A stretch of DNA of 64,000 bases from Alphaproteobacteria bacterium (GTDB lineage Bacteria; Pseudomonadota; Alphaproteobacteria; CAAHEQ01; UBA3637). Within the stretch, counting starts at the first letter, position 1, and each line of letters opens with the position of its first letter. Positions 48,261 through 60,200 of this stretch are shown piece after piece. The DNA lies in NCBI GenBank assembly GCA_017466695.1, contig JAFTTR010000002.1:70837-134836 (forward strand), in the 5' to 3' direction. A program made the position numbers and the translations under genes. Below the pieces are notes generated by a model. The model made no database searches, was not told the DNA's origin, and saw only the letters and a list, made by a program, of their open reading frames with translations.

Positions 48261-49592
48261 ATGAAAAAAGTTTTAATCGTTGGGGCTGGATTGGCTGGGA
48301 GTGAAGCTGCTTGGCAGTTATTAAACAAAGGCTTTGCTGTCAAAATGGTTGAAATGCGCCCTAAAAAAACAACACCAGCACACAAATCCAAACTCTTTGG
48401 TGAACTTGTTTGCTCCAATTCACTTAGAAGTGATGATCATGAAATTAACGCTGTAGGCTTGATGCATGATGAAATGCGCAAAATGGGCTCTTTGATTATG
48501 CAAGCAGCTGATGCAACGAGAGTGCCTGCTGGGGCAGCTTTGGCTGTTAATCGAGAGGAATTTGCCACCTTTATTACTGAAAAATTAAAATCACATCCTC
48601 TTTTTGAGCTTGAAGAAAAAGAAATGTCTTTTGAAGAACTTCCAACTGATATGCCTGTTATTTTGGCAACAGGGCCTTTAACAAGTTCAAAAATGGCTCA
48701 AGGGCTTCAAGCATTCACTCAAAAAGAATCTTTGCATTTTTTTGATGCTATTGCCCCTATTGTTTATCGTGATAGCGTGGATATGACAAAAGCGTGGTAT
48801 CAATCTCGTTATGACAAAGGAGATGGGACGGATTATTTGAACTGCGCCCTTTCTAAAGAAGAATACAATGCTTTTATTGATGCTCTCCTCAATGGTGAAA
48901 AAGTTGCTTTTAAGGATTTTGAAAAAGATACACCTTATTTTGAAGGGTGTCTTCCTGTTGAAGTGATGGCTGAACGAGGCAGACAGACCCTTCTTTTTGG
49001 CCCAATGAAGCCAGTCGGCCTTTCAAATCCACATGAAAATGGGCGCCGTCCTTTTGCTGTTGTTCAATTAAGAAAAGAAAACAAACAAGGCACGTTATTT
49101 AATTTGGTTGGATTTCAAACAAAGTTAACGTACAAGGCGCAAAATGAGGTGTTTCGTTTAATCCCTGCCCTCAAAGATGCTGTCTTTGCAAGGTTTGGTG
49201 GTATTCATCGAAACACTTTTGTTTGTGGCCCACAAGTTTTGGATGAGCGTCTATCCTTAAAAGGAAGAGAAAATATTAAGCTCGCTGGGCAACTTTCTGG
49301 CTGTGAAGGGTATATTGAAAGTGCTGCTATGGGTTTATTGGCAGGTCTTTTAACAAGTGATAATCAACTCCCTCTCCCCCCACAAGAAACAGCTTTGGGC
49401 GCTATGCTCTGTCATATCACAAAAGAAGCTGAAAAATCAACTTTTCAACCCATGAATATCAATTTTGGGCTGTTCCCTGAAGTTGAAATCCCTGAAGGGA
49501 AAAAGAAGCTCAAAGGTCATGATCGAAAAAAAGCATACACCGAACGGGCAAAAAAGGCTTTTGATGCGTGGTATCATAATATAACAGCTTAA
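48261..49592 (+). CDS. trmFO: Methylenetetrahydrofolate--tRNA-(uracil-5-)-methyltransferase TrmFO
   Basis: FAD-binding VLIVGAGLAGSEAAWQL; LFGELVCSNSLRSDD; ~443 aa, typical of TrmFO/Gid. Confidence 0.9.
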   Translation: MKKVLIVGAGLAGSEAAWQLLNKGFAVKMVEMRPKKTTPAHKSKLFGELVCSNSLRSDDHEINAVGLMHDEMRKMGSLIMQAADATRVPAGAALAVNREEFATFITEKLKSHPLFELEEKEMSFEELPTDMPVILATGPLTSSKMAQGLQAFTQKESLHFFDAIAPIVYRDSVDMTKAWYQSRYDKGDGTDYLNCALSKEEYNAFIDALLNGEKVAFKDFEKDTPYFEGCLPVEVMAERGRQTLLFGPMKPVGLSNPHENGRRPFAVVQLRKENKQGTLFNLVGFQTKLTYKAQNEVFRLIPALKDAVFARFGGIHRNTFVCGPQVLDERLSLKGRENIKLAGQLSGCEGYIESAAMGLLAGLLTSDNQLPLPPQETALGAMLCHITKEAEKSTFQPMNINFGLFPEVEIPEGKKKLKGHDRKKAYTERAKKAFDAWYHNITA

Positions 49593-49607
49593 TAACAAAT
49601 TGTTGTG

Positions 49608-51392
49608 TTATGATGCCTTTGAAGTGGCATATAAAATTCCTTGGGCCATTCCATCCCCTTCTTTTCGAAGCTGTATCTCTTCTTTTGTTTGAATTGAAAA
49701 CCCTGTTTTCAACAGCAAATGAGTAACAAAAGGTTCTTTATATACAAACCGTGCATTTTCAAGCAAGGCTTCGTCTAATTGACTATCCCCAAGTTCAATG
49801 GTGAACAAAAAAGTTCCCTCTTTTGTTAGGTGTTCATACACTCTTTTTAAAAACAGTTCCATATTTGAAAAATAACCGGTTACATCACTTGCAACAATTA
49901 AATCATAACAATCATCATCTGCTTCCAAAAAAGAGAGAATATCTTGATGAACAAGACGTGTATAAGCTTCTTTTTCCCCAGCTATAAGCAACATGTTTTT
50001 TGAAATATCCACCCCTGTTAAAGAGTTCGCCTTTTCTAAATAAGAAACCAAATTACCAGTCCCACAGCCAAGGTCTAAAACGTTTTCAAAAGTCTTTTGG
50101 TGCAAAAATTCTTCCATTTTTTTAAGAACCCCGGCCTCCAGTTTTTGCATTTTCGCATCATACGATAAAGCAAAGGCATCATACAAAACTTCAGCATATT
50201 TTTTGGAAAGTTCAGGCGTTACTTTTTCACCTGTAAGTGAGGCATGTGTATAAACAGCAACGACACTCTCTGGGAAATTTTTAACCCACCCTTTAGCAAA
50301 AGAAAGGGCTTGTTTTTTATCTTTTTTATCCCCTTTTGCCAAAAAAGTTAATGTATTTTGAATACGAAAATTTAAATCTGGAATCTCTTTATTTTGACTC
50401 AACAAATTAAAATAAAGGCCAGCTGCTTCTGAATAATCCCCAGTTTCTTCCAAAATAATAGCTAAATTATAAAGCGAAGAAGTATGGTTTGGCGCTAAAA
50501 TAATCACACTTCTTAAATGCTCTAAAGCTTCGGTCAAGCGATTTTCTTCATGAAGCACAAGCGCCAAATTATGATGGGCGTTTAAAAAGTCTTTATCCAC
50601 TCCTAATGCTCTTTTATAAGAATCTTCAGCTTTTTTAAAGTTTTTTTCTTTTAAATAAATGTTCCCAAGGTTAAAATAAGCATCTGCTAAATAAGCATTT
50701 TTTGAAAGAGCTGTTTCATAAGAAATCTTCGCACTTTGCATCAATCCTTCTGCTTCTTCAATCAAGCCCTTTTCATTATAAAATGAGGCAACTTCCTCCA
50801 TTTTTAGTGCATTTTCAATCGCTTGTTTGGCAGGTTTTAATTTCCCTGTCAAGCGATAGGCCATTGCTAATTGGTAATAAAGCTCGGCACTTTGGCCTTG
50901 ATTGAGACCCTCTTGCAATAAGTCTAAAGATTCTTGAAGCGCTCCTTGACGCCTTAAAATAAGAGCTTTTCCGATATAGGCTGTGAGCACAGCGCTGTTT
51001 AAAAAGAGACTTTTATCAAAAGCACTTTTGGCAAAGTCTGGTTGTCCTTTTTGAAGATAAATAAATCCAATTTCTGCCAAAACAAAAGCATCCTCTTTAT
51101 AAGCCTCATAAAAGGAAAGCGCTTCATCCAAACGACCTTGTTTTTCAAGGATAAAACCTAAACTCAGTTTATATTGCTTGTTATCAGGATAGAGTTGAAC
51201 AGCTTGATATAAAAGTTTTTCAGCCGGCTCATAAGCCCCCATTTTTGAAGCAATCAACCCCAATAAATAAAGCCCATCTCCTTGAGCTGGGGCAATGGTC
51301 AAAACCTGTCTTGCCAAGTCTTCAGCTGAATCATAGTCTTTTTGATTGTAAGCCCAAAAGGCCTGATCTAACATCTCATCAAGCGTTGACAT
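49608..51392 (-). CDS. TPR-repeat protein fused to C-terminal class I SAM-dependent methyltransferase domain
   Basis: Multiple TPR units (AYFNLGNIYLKEKNFKKAEDSYKRAL, etc.); methyltransferase motif I VLDLGCGTGNL in the C-terminal ~200 aa. Confidence 0.7.
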   Translation of the reverse strand: MSTLDEMLDQAFWAYNQKDYDSAEDLARQVLTIAPAQGDGLYLLGLIASKMGAYEPAEKLLYQAVQLYPDNKQYKLSLGFILEKQGRLDEALSFYEAYKEDAFVLAEIGFIYLQKGQPDFAKSAFDKSLFLNSAVLTAYIGKALILRRQGALQESLDLLQEGLNQGQSAELYYQLAMAYRLTGKLKPAKQAIENALKMEEVASFYNEKGLIEEAEGLMQSAKISYETALSKNAYLADAYFNLGNIYLKEKNFKKAEDSYKRALGVDKDFLNAHHNLALVLHEENRLTEALEHLRSVIILAPNHTSSLYNLAIILEETGDYSEAAGLYFNLLSQNKEIPDLNFRIQNTLTFLAKGDKKDKKQALSFAKGWVKNFPESVVAVYTHASLTGEKVTPELSKKYAEVLYDAFALSYDAKMQKLEAGVLKKMEEFLHQKTFENVLDLGCGTGNLVSYLEKANSLTGVDISKNMLLIAGEKEAYTRLVHQDILSFLEADDDCYDLIVASDVTGYFSNMELFLKRVYEHLTKEGTFLFTIELGDSQLDEALLENARFVYKEPFVTHLLLKTGFSIQTKEEIQLRKEGDGMAQGILYATSKAS

Positions 51393-51400
51393 TTCCCCTC

Positions 51401-52564
51401 CTAGTCATCATCAATGGAACCATTACGTCCAATAACCATCTCTTTATTAATATAAACAGCTTCAACCAACCCAAAGCCAAAAAAGAGCGTCATCATAGCC
51501 GTTCCACCATAGGAAACCAATGGCAATGGCACACCAACCACAGGGAGCAAGCCCGACACCATTCCAATATTGATAAACACATAGAGTGCAAAGTTAACTC
51601 CCAGTCCTGTAGCCAACACTTTCCCAAAGTAATTGTTTGAAATCACACCGATATAAAAGCAATAAATAATAATGCTTAAAAACAATAAAATCAACACGGT
51701 AGAGCCCAAAAATCCAAATTCCTCAGCAATGAGTGTAAAAATAAAATCCGTTTGCTTTTCAGGTAAAAAGTTCAATCGGCTTTGTGTACTTTCCATAAAG
51801 CCCTTTCCAAGTAATCCCCCTGAGCCTAAAGCAATTTTTGATTGCATAATATGGTAACCACTCCCCAAAGGATCACTTTCAGGGTTTAAAAAGGTCATCA
51901 CCCTCTTTTTTTGATATTCATGCAAACAGGTCCACAAAATGGGAATAGCTGTTAAAACACCTGTTCCAACAAGCGCAAATTTCCACCATTCAACCCCAAC
52001 TAAAAAGAAAATAGCAGCTGTGGCAAACACAAGCATCAAGGCTGTACCCAAATCTGGTTGCTCTAAAATCAAAGAGACAGGTAAAATCATCATCAAGGCT
52101 GGTGGAATAATCGAACGAATGGAACGAATATCATTGAGCGTTACGCTGTGGAAATACCGTGCCAAAGCAAGTACCAAAGCAATTTTCATCAATTCAGATG
52201 GTTGCAAACGCATAAAACCCAAATTCAGCCAGCGTTGCGCTCCCATACCCACATGCCCAAACAAGGTCACACCAATAAGCAATAAAAAACTAATTCCATA
52301 AATCCAATAAGCATACTTCATCCACAAGCGCAAATTCACCATGGACACACAAATAAGCACTGATAAGCTCAACAAAAAGCGCATAAATTGTTTATCTGCC
52401 CAAGGATCTAAATTACCATTAGCAGCAGAATAAAGTGTCCCAATCCCAATAAAAACAGTCAAACAAACAAGCGCTAACAATTTGTAATTAAATGCTTTTA
52501 TCTTATCTGTCAAAGATAAGTTGTAATTTTTAAGATAACAGTTCCTATCTTTAAAAAAGGGCAT
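51401..52564 (-). CDS. rodA: Rod shape-determining protein RodA (SEDS family)
   Basis: FtsW/RodA/SpoVE polytopic protein; immediately downstream of PBP2; ~387 aa. Confidence 0.85.
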   Translation of the reverse strand: MPFFKDRNCYLKNYNLSLTDKIKAFNYKLLALVCLTVFIGIGTLYSAANGNLDPWADKQFMRFLLSLSVLICVSMVNLRLWMKYAYWIYGISFLLLIGVTLFGHVGMGAQRWLNLGFMRLQPSELMKIALVLALARYFHSVTLNDIRSIRSIIPPALMMILPVSLILEQPDLGTALMLVFATAAIFFLVGVEWWKFALVGTGVLTAIPILWTCLHEYQKKRVMTFLNPESDPLGSGYHIMQSKIALGSGGLLGKGFMESTQSRLNFLPEKQTDFIFTLIAEEFGFLGSTVLILLFLSIIIYCFYIGVISNNYFGKVLATGLGVNFALYVFINIGMVSGLLPVVGVPLPLVSYGGTAMMTLFFGFGLVEAVYINKEMVIGRNGSIDDD

Positions 52565-52565
52565 T

Positions 52566-54578
52566 TTAAATCCTTTCTAACTTGTTAGGGGTTTGATTTT
52601 CGCTTTTCTTCTTTACCAAGCTCTCTTGGGTGTTTTGTTCACTTTTAAGCAAAAGGGGCATTGGCTGAGGCGCAAGAGAGGTCGGTTGGGCGTTTTTAAG
52701 GTGCTGACTTTGCCGTGGCTCTGTTTTTAAAGGAATGTTAGATTCTTTTTCCTCTTTTTTTTCAGCTGGGAAAAGTCTTAAAGCTTCCTTTAAAATCTGA
52801 CTTGCAACAGGGGCAGCAGCCGAGGCACCCCCTCCTCCATGTTCCACCATTACAACAACGGCTAAACGAGGCTTATCCAAAGGAGCATAAGCGCCAAAAA
52901 TAGCATGATCTCGATATTTCCAAGGCAGTTTATCTTGCGAAATCACACCTTTTTCACGTTCTTTTTTGCTAATACGGCGCACTTGTGTACTTGCCGTTTT
53001 CCCAGCCATCCGTTCCCCTTTTTGTACAAATCTTGACCTATAAGCAGTGCCTTTTTCATTGTTCACAACCATATTCATCCCAGATTTAACCAATCTTAAA
53101 TGCCATGCATTGAGATTTAAAGAAGGAGGATTTAAAAGTTCTTGCCCTTGAATAATATGTGGTTTAACCTTGTAACCTCCATTAGCAATTTGGCTGATTA
53201 AATAAACAAGCTGTAATGGCGTTGTTGTGATAAACCCTTGCCCAATGCTTAAGTTAATCGTATCACCTGTACGCCACTCATCTTTAAAACGGCTCTTTTT
53301 CCACGCACTAGAAGGAACAAGCCCCTCTTTTTCGCCTTTAATGCCAATATCAAGCGCTGAGCCTAACCCGAAGCGCCTTGCCATAGCAAGGATTTTTTCA
53401 GCACCAATTTGCTCAGCAATTTGATAAAAATACACATCACAAGAATGCATCAAGGCTTCTTCTAAATTCACAAAACCATGCCCACCTCGTTTCCAACAGT
53501 GAAAATCATGATTACCGACTGTATGCTTGCCATTACAATAAATTTTCTTTTGCTGATAAGTGGCCTTTTCTTCCAAAGCAGCCAAACTTACCACCAATTT
53601 AAAAATTGACCCTGGAGAATAAGTCCCTGTCAATGCTTTATTTTGCAAAGGGCGCCGTTCATTGTTAATCAAGCTCTTCCAAACCTTTGTGGAAACTGGC
53701 ATTGTGAAAATGTTGCTGTCAAACGAAGGAGAAGAAACCAATGCCAAAATAGCCCCTGTGTTTACATCCATTACAACAGCACTCGCTGACTCCCCATTCA
53801 ATGCTTCTAATGCCACTTTTTGCAACCTTGAATCAATGGTTAGATTTAAGTTTTCACCTTTTTCAGCATCTTTTTCTTCCAACACCCTGACCAAATGACC
53901 ATAAGCATTGACCTCACGTTTACGCATCCCAGGTGAGCCTTTTAAAACAGATTCAAAGGAATGTTCAACTCCTGTCCTTCCAATTCTGTACCCCGGCAAA
54001 TCAGCCAAAGGACTATCTGGATTATTTTCTAAATCCCTTTCGTTTAATAAGGAAACATAGCCGATTAAATGGGCATTTTGATCTTTAAAGGGATAAAATC
54101 TTGTCAACTCCTCCTCGATTTGAAGCCCTATTAAATCCGGCGCATTCAAATGCAATTTAGCAATATCAGAAAAGGAAAGCCCATCTTTAATCAACACCGG
54201 CATATAAGCTCTCTTTTTTTTCAAATCCTTTTGAATACGTGTGATTTCATCTTCTTCCAAAGGAATAATTTTTGAAAAATTTTCAATCACTAAATCAACA
54301 TTTTGCGCTTCATCCTTAATTAAGATTGCTTGAAATGTCTTCTTGTTTTCAGCTAATTTGACCCCATTCCTATCAAAAATATTACCTCTGCTAGGCATGG
54401 TTAAACGAATAGAGGTACGATTTTTATCTGCTAAAAACTTGTATCTCTCTCCTTGCAAAATTTGCAAATAAAAAACTCTTGAAATTAAAACAGCAATCAA
54501 TAAAAGAAAAAAGCCGAGCAACACCAAAATGCGCTTTGAAAAAACACGATCTTTTTCATATTTCCAAGGGGCACTCAT
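52566..54578 (-). CDS. mrdA: Penicillin-binding protein 2 (elongasome transpeptidase)
   Basis: SxxK SPGSIFK; SxN region; KTGT-like KTAST. Membrane anchor plus dimerisation domain; position in mreBCD-mrdA-rodA. Confidence 0.88.
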   Translation of the reverse strand: MSAPWKYEKDRVFSKRILVLLGFFLLLIAVLISRVFYLQILQGERYKFLADKNRTSIRLTMPSRGNIFDRNGVKLAENKKTFQAILIKDEAQNVDLVIENFSKIIPLEEDEITRIQKDLKKKRAYMPVLIKDGLSFSDIAKLHLNAPDLIGLQIEEELTRFYPFKDQNAHLIGYVSLLNERDLENNPDSPLADLPGYRIGRTGVEHSFESVLKGSPGMRKREVNAYGHLVRVLEEKDAEKGENLNLTIDSRLQKVALEALNGESASAVVMDVNTGAILALVSSPSFDSNIFTMPVSTKVWKSLINNERRPLQNKALTGTYSPGSIFKLVVSLAALEEKATYQQKKIYCNGKHTVGNHDFHCWKRGGHGFVNLEEALMHSCDVYFYQIAEQIGAEKILAMARRFGLGSALDIGIKGEKEGLVPSSAWKKSRFKDEWRTGDTINLSIGQGFITTTPLQLVYLISQIANGGYKVKPHIIQGQELLNPPSLNLNAWHLRLVKSGMNMVVNNEKGTAYRSRFVQKGERMAGKTASTQVRRISKKEREKGVISQDKLPWKYRDHAIFGAYAPLDKPRLAVVVMVEHGGGGASAAAPVASQILKEALRLFPAEKKEEKESNIPLKTEPRQSQHLKNAQPTSLAPQPMPLLLKSEQNTQESLVKKKSENQTPNKLERI

Positions 54579-55082
54579 TTACACCACCCCTGTTTTTTGA
54601 TTAATAAAAGCTGATAAAGCAGCGCAAAAAGGATACATCACTCCCACGAATATAAAACCTGTCAAAAAACTTGAAAAAGGAATTGTCCTATCCAAAAAAA
54701 CACGTAATAATAATAAGTTAAGTACTAAAACACCCAACAATGTTACTAAAAAAACAGCCCATTGTTTTTGAAAAGATAACTGTATGACCACACGTCGGTT
54801 AAACCCAGCTAAAAAAGCACCCATTAACAAAGCAAATGATTGAAAACCCAAAGGATAGGCCATAAAAAAATCAGAAGCAATCCCAAGCAAAAACACAAAA
54901 ATCAAATTCAATTTTTGAGGATTAAAAATGCTGAAATAAAAAACAAAACAAAATAAAAGAGAAACAAGAGGATAAGGCAATCCAAATTGAAACAAAAAGG
55001 CACTTTCCAAAAAAGAAAACAGCATCAACACCAAAAAAGGCATCAGCAAAGCCACATATTTTTGAGCCAAAACCTTTTGCAT
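54579..55082 (-). CDS. mreD: Rod shape-determining protein MreD
   Basis: 167-aa polytopic membrane protein directly after mreC. Confidence 0.7.
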   Translation of the reverse strand: MQKVLAQKYVALLMPFLVLMLFSFLESAFLFQFGLPYPLVSLLFCFVFYFSIFNPQKLNLIFVFLLGIASDFFMAYPLGFQSFALLMGAFLAGFNRRVVIQLSFQKQWAVFLVTLLGVLVLNLLLLRVFLDRTIPFSSFLTGFIFVGVMYPFCAALSAFINQKTGVV

Positions 55083-55948
55083 CAGCGTTCCTCTTTTACC
55101 TGTTTTAAGGGTGTTTCAATCAATCCCCCCAAATCAAAATGAACCACTTGAACAAAGCTGTTATTAGAGGATGTTTCCATCAAAGAAACTTGAAAAACCC
55201 CCTCTTGAATCTTCACACTCCCAATCATCAACCCTTCTGGGTAGACACCAGCCACACCAGAAGTTATCACCTTATCCCCCTCTTTGATAAAATGCTCCTC
55301 CGGAAGTGCTGTTAAAAGAGGCATAGCCGTGTTATCACCCACCAAAATAGCTGGGGTTTTCCTCTCACCCACAAAAACTGGAACTCTTGAATAATAGTCG
55401 GTCAATTTAAGCGCTCTAGAAGTTTTTAAATTCACCTCGATCACACGCCCAAACAAAGCATTATGATGCATCAAGACATCTCCTTTATAAATCCCTGTTT
55501 GAGAGCCACCTTCCAACACAATGGAATGTGAAAAAGGAGAGTTATATTCCCCTAAAATACGCACCAGTTTCGTCTGAGCCTCAAACACAGGTTTATAATT
55601 TAAAATGTCCAACAATTCTTTTTGTTCCAACGCTAATTTATAAGCTGTATGTTGCCAACCTTTTAAACGCTCATTTTCAGCCCTGAGACGCTCATTTTCA
55701 TCATACACATTTACATAATTTTTAATAAAGGAAACTTGATGAATAGCCGTTTCAAATGGGGAAGAAACCATATGCATCAAAGGCATAAATGAATCATAAA
55801 TCGCACGTCTTGCTTCATAAATCAAAGGATGAGATGTATAACTTAAATAGACAAACAACACCAATGAAACAAACGCCATTGGCAAGGCAACAAAACGTTT
55901 GAGCTGCTGTTTAATGCGTTGCAGTCGAAAAAACTTATTGCTTGCCAT
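55082..55948 (-). CDS. mreC: Rod shape-determining protein MreC
   Basis: N-terminal anchor, coiled coil (ENERLRAENERLKGW), C-terminal beta-rich domain; between mreB and mreD. Confidence 0.8.
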   Translation of the reverse strand: MASNKFFRLQRIKQQLKRFVALPMAFVSLVLFVYLSYTSHPLIYEARRAIYDSFMPLMHMVSSPFETAIHQVSFIKNYVNVYDENERLRAENERLKGWQHTAYKLALEQKELLDILNYKPVFEAQTKLVRILGEYNSPFSHSIVLEGGSQTGIYKGDVLMHHNALFGRVIEVNLKTSRALKLTDYYSRVPVFVGERKTPAILVGDNTAMPLLTALPEEHFIKEGDKVITSGVAGVYPEGLMIGSVKIQEGVFQVSLMETSSNNSFVQVVHFDLGGLIETPLKQVKEER

Positions 55949-56007
55949 AAAAGTCTCTTCTTCAAATTAAAGTGCCTTTAAACTTGTTCGCTCAAAGGCA
56001 CAAATTG

Positions 56008-57099
<1,092 letters not shown>

Positions 57100-57182
57100 T
57101 TAACTGTTTTACACGAAATTGATTAAAAAAACAAGTCTTTTTTTAATGGAATGACCCCTCTTTTTAAAAGTCATTTTTTAAT

Positions 57183-57214
57183 AAAAAAAAGAGCCGACAC
57201 TTATTTGTCAGCTC
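57183..57214 (-). terminator. Rho-independent terminator downstream of the autotransporter gene
   Basis: Minus-strand GAGCUGACA-AAUAAG-UGUCGGCUC hairpin (one U.G pair) followed by a U-run. Confidence 0.6.
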
Positions 57215-57235
57215 TTTTTATCCTTCTTATATTGA

Positions 57236-60200
57236 TTAGAAATGATATTTCACGTTAGCAACACCCGTGTGGTTGGTGTAATCGCCTTTGAAAAGACCTT
57301 CATACTCCAATCCAATTTCGGTACGCTTGTCAATTTCAAGACCCATTTTAACGCCAATTTCAACACCAAAACGATCCATTTCTTCCGTTTCATAGGTATA
57401 GCTTGCACCATTTAACAGAACAACGTTTGTATCCATTGTTGGCGTGATGAAATCATATGTTAAAGCAGCTCTGAGCTCTGGATACATCCACATAGAAGGT
57501 GATAATCTGTACCCAAGTGTGTATTTGGCTCCCAAAACACCCGTTAAAGTATGGCTATCTGTTCCTTCAACAGTTTGACCCAATGTATCTGTGTATTCTT
57601 TTTGTTTAGCATAGACATATCTAAACCCAGCTTCTGGTGAAATCACACCACTAACCCAATTGCCAAAAACAACTGGACCAAGCTTGTACCCGGCAATGGC
57701 TTGCGCTGCGATAATGTTCACGTCAAATTCTGATTCAACCTTCTTAGAAAAGACTGATCTTTCTTCCTTAACCTTTGAGGAACCGTACAACGCAAATGCA
57801 TTGGCATAAAAACGGCTGGGGCTGTATTCAGCATAAACGGCACCAGCTGTGGTTTCAATTTCAGTATCACGGCTAGAAGTACTACCATCACCTGTTGTAT
57901 AGGCAATCATTGCCCCAACTTTCAAGGTTTTTGTTAATTTCGCTTCAATACCAGCTGCCACACCCATGGTGTCCATATCCCACTTGTTTTTGCCAGAATA
58001 TTCTGATTGTCCATAAATGCCGTCCACCCAAACATTAGATGTTTGACGAGGGGCTTTATAATGAACTTTACCATTATAAACATAGTGTGAACGTTCAATA
58101 GAGGAATAAAAACGTTTGCTAATCGCATTCGATATTTGACGTGTTACCTCATTCGCATGTGCTGTGATTAAGGTTGAGGTGTCAGGTGTAATCTGATTCA
58201 TAGCGTCTTGATAATCTTGAGAATCAAGACCTTTTTCTTGAGCTAAAGCATGCAACTGTGTACGAACAAATTGAGCCTCTTCATTTTCTTCAATCACACC
58301 ACCATCAATCCAAGCATCAGAGGCTTCTTTGTTATAATTATCACAATTGCCAGAAGGACAATGTGGATTTGTTGGTTTTACAACAGGGTTGCTCGTACTC
58401 CCACTGCCGTTTTGGTTTGAAGAAGAGCCAGACCCCGTCCCTCTTTCAACAATATAAACACCCTTTTCACCTTCTTTTTCAGTGATGGTATATAAATAGT
58501 TTTCAGCAATATTTGAAAAAGCCCCACTAATACCTGTTGATGAAGTCGTCGTTCCTTCACCTGTAGTTGATGGCGTATTGGCATCTGGTTCCACTTTAAA
58601 GAGTTGATATTCTTTTGATTCCCCTTTTTGAAGTTCATCAATATCCACAATCACTTGCAAGGAAGTACCTTGTCCCGAAATGTTAATATTGCTTCCTGCA
58701 ACAACTTGACCATTCACATTTTCACCCACGTGTGCAATCACTTTTGAGTTATTGTTCACGTTGAAAATATCTGTATAAATTGTGTTCAACCCCAAATCAA
58801 CAATTGAATCTGTGATTGAAATAGTCCCAATTGTTTTATCCGTCGTTTGTTTGGTATTAATCCCCACTAAATGCAGATTACTTCTGTTAATATTGAGGGT
58901 CCCAGCGTTATAAATATCACCTGACTGGTCCAAAAGCGTATGCGCATTAGAAGGATATGGCGTGTTCGTATATGGTTCATATTCGATTGCCATGGTATCT
59001 TCAACCCCTTGAATGTTCACCGTTCCAAGGTTATAAATATTGCTTCCCAACTCGGCTATGTTATTTTTAAAAGCAACATTAGAGCCCGAAATTGTCATCA
59101 ATGCACCTGCGTCATTATAAATGGCACCACCCAATTGTGCTTTGTTGCCAGTAAGGGTTGTCTTGCCCCCTAATTCCATAACACCTTTGTTAAAGATAGC
59201 ACCACCCCCTGTGGTTGCTTCATTGTTTTTAAAGGTTGTGGTTCCATAAAAATTCACACGCCCTGTGTCATTGGCAAAAACCTCATTATAAACAGCCCCA
59301 CCATAACCCTTAGCCTTTTCACTCAATGCTTTGTTGCCTTCAAAAGTAACGTCTGTACCTGTGCCAAAAGTCGTGTTCCCTTCAGCGTTATAAAGCGCAC
59401 CCCCACGGCCTTGAATAAAGTGAATATTATTTTGAAGCAATTCTTCATTTGAGTAGTCATTTTCTGCTATCATATTTTTAACAGAGTTACCTTTAAATTG
59501 GATGGTTGAATTCCCTTCAAAATTCGTTGTACCATAGTTTACAAGAGCACCACCCACAGCATAAGAGGAAGCCACAACAGAGTTGCCCTCAAATGAAGCA
59601 TCATTTTTAAATGTTGCAACAGCAGTGGTACCCAGCACTTGCATAGCACCCCCTTCCCCATAAGAAAGGCCTGGCGTAAGAGTACCATCAGTTTCTTTTA
59701 TATTCGCTTGAGCATCAATACTATTCCCAGCAAAAACAGCACCACCATTAAAGTTAATTATCCCATCTGAAAGATAAACCCCAGCACCATTACCAGAAGA
59801 CTGAGCATCATAACTTTTAACTTTGTTGTTCAAAAAATAAGTCGTACCATTGAATGTGGCTGAAGATTCTCTTCCCAAGTTATAAAGACCGGCACCTGCT
59901 ACAACCAATCCCTCCTCCTCATCTTCAAGAATAGCCTCATTGGCACTAAATGTTGTTATTCCATCAAAAACAATGTGACCTTTCATATTGGCAATACCAC
60001 CACCATAGGCATAAAAATCCTTTGTTGTGGCAATATTTTGAGCAAATGAAGCATTCCCTTTAAAATGAATAGTTGGAATAACTGGCTCTGTTGATCCCAG
60101 CTGTCCTGTTACATTGTAATTATCAACACCAGCATTATAAATAGCGCCCCCACGACTTGACGTTCCATTTTCAGCTCTATTTCCAACGAATGTTACTGAT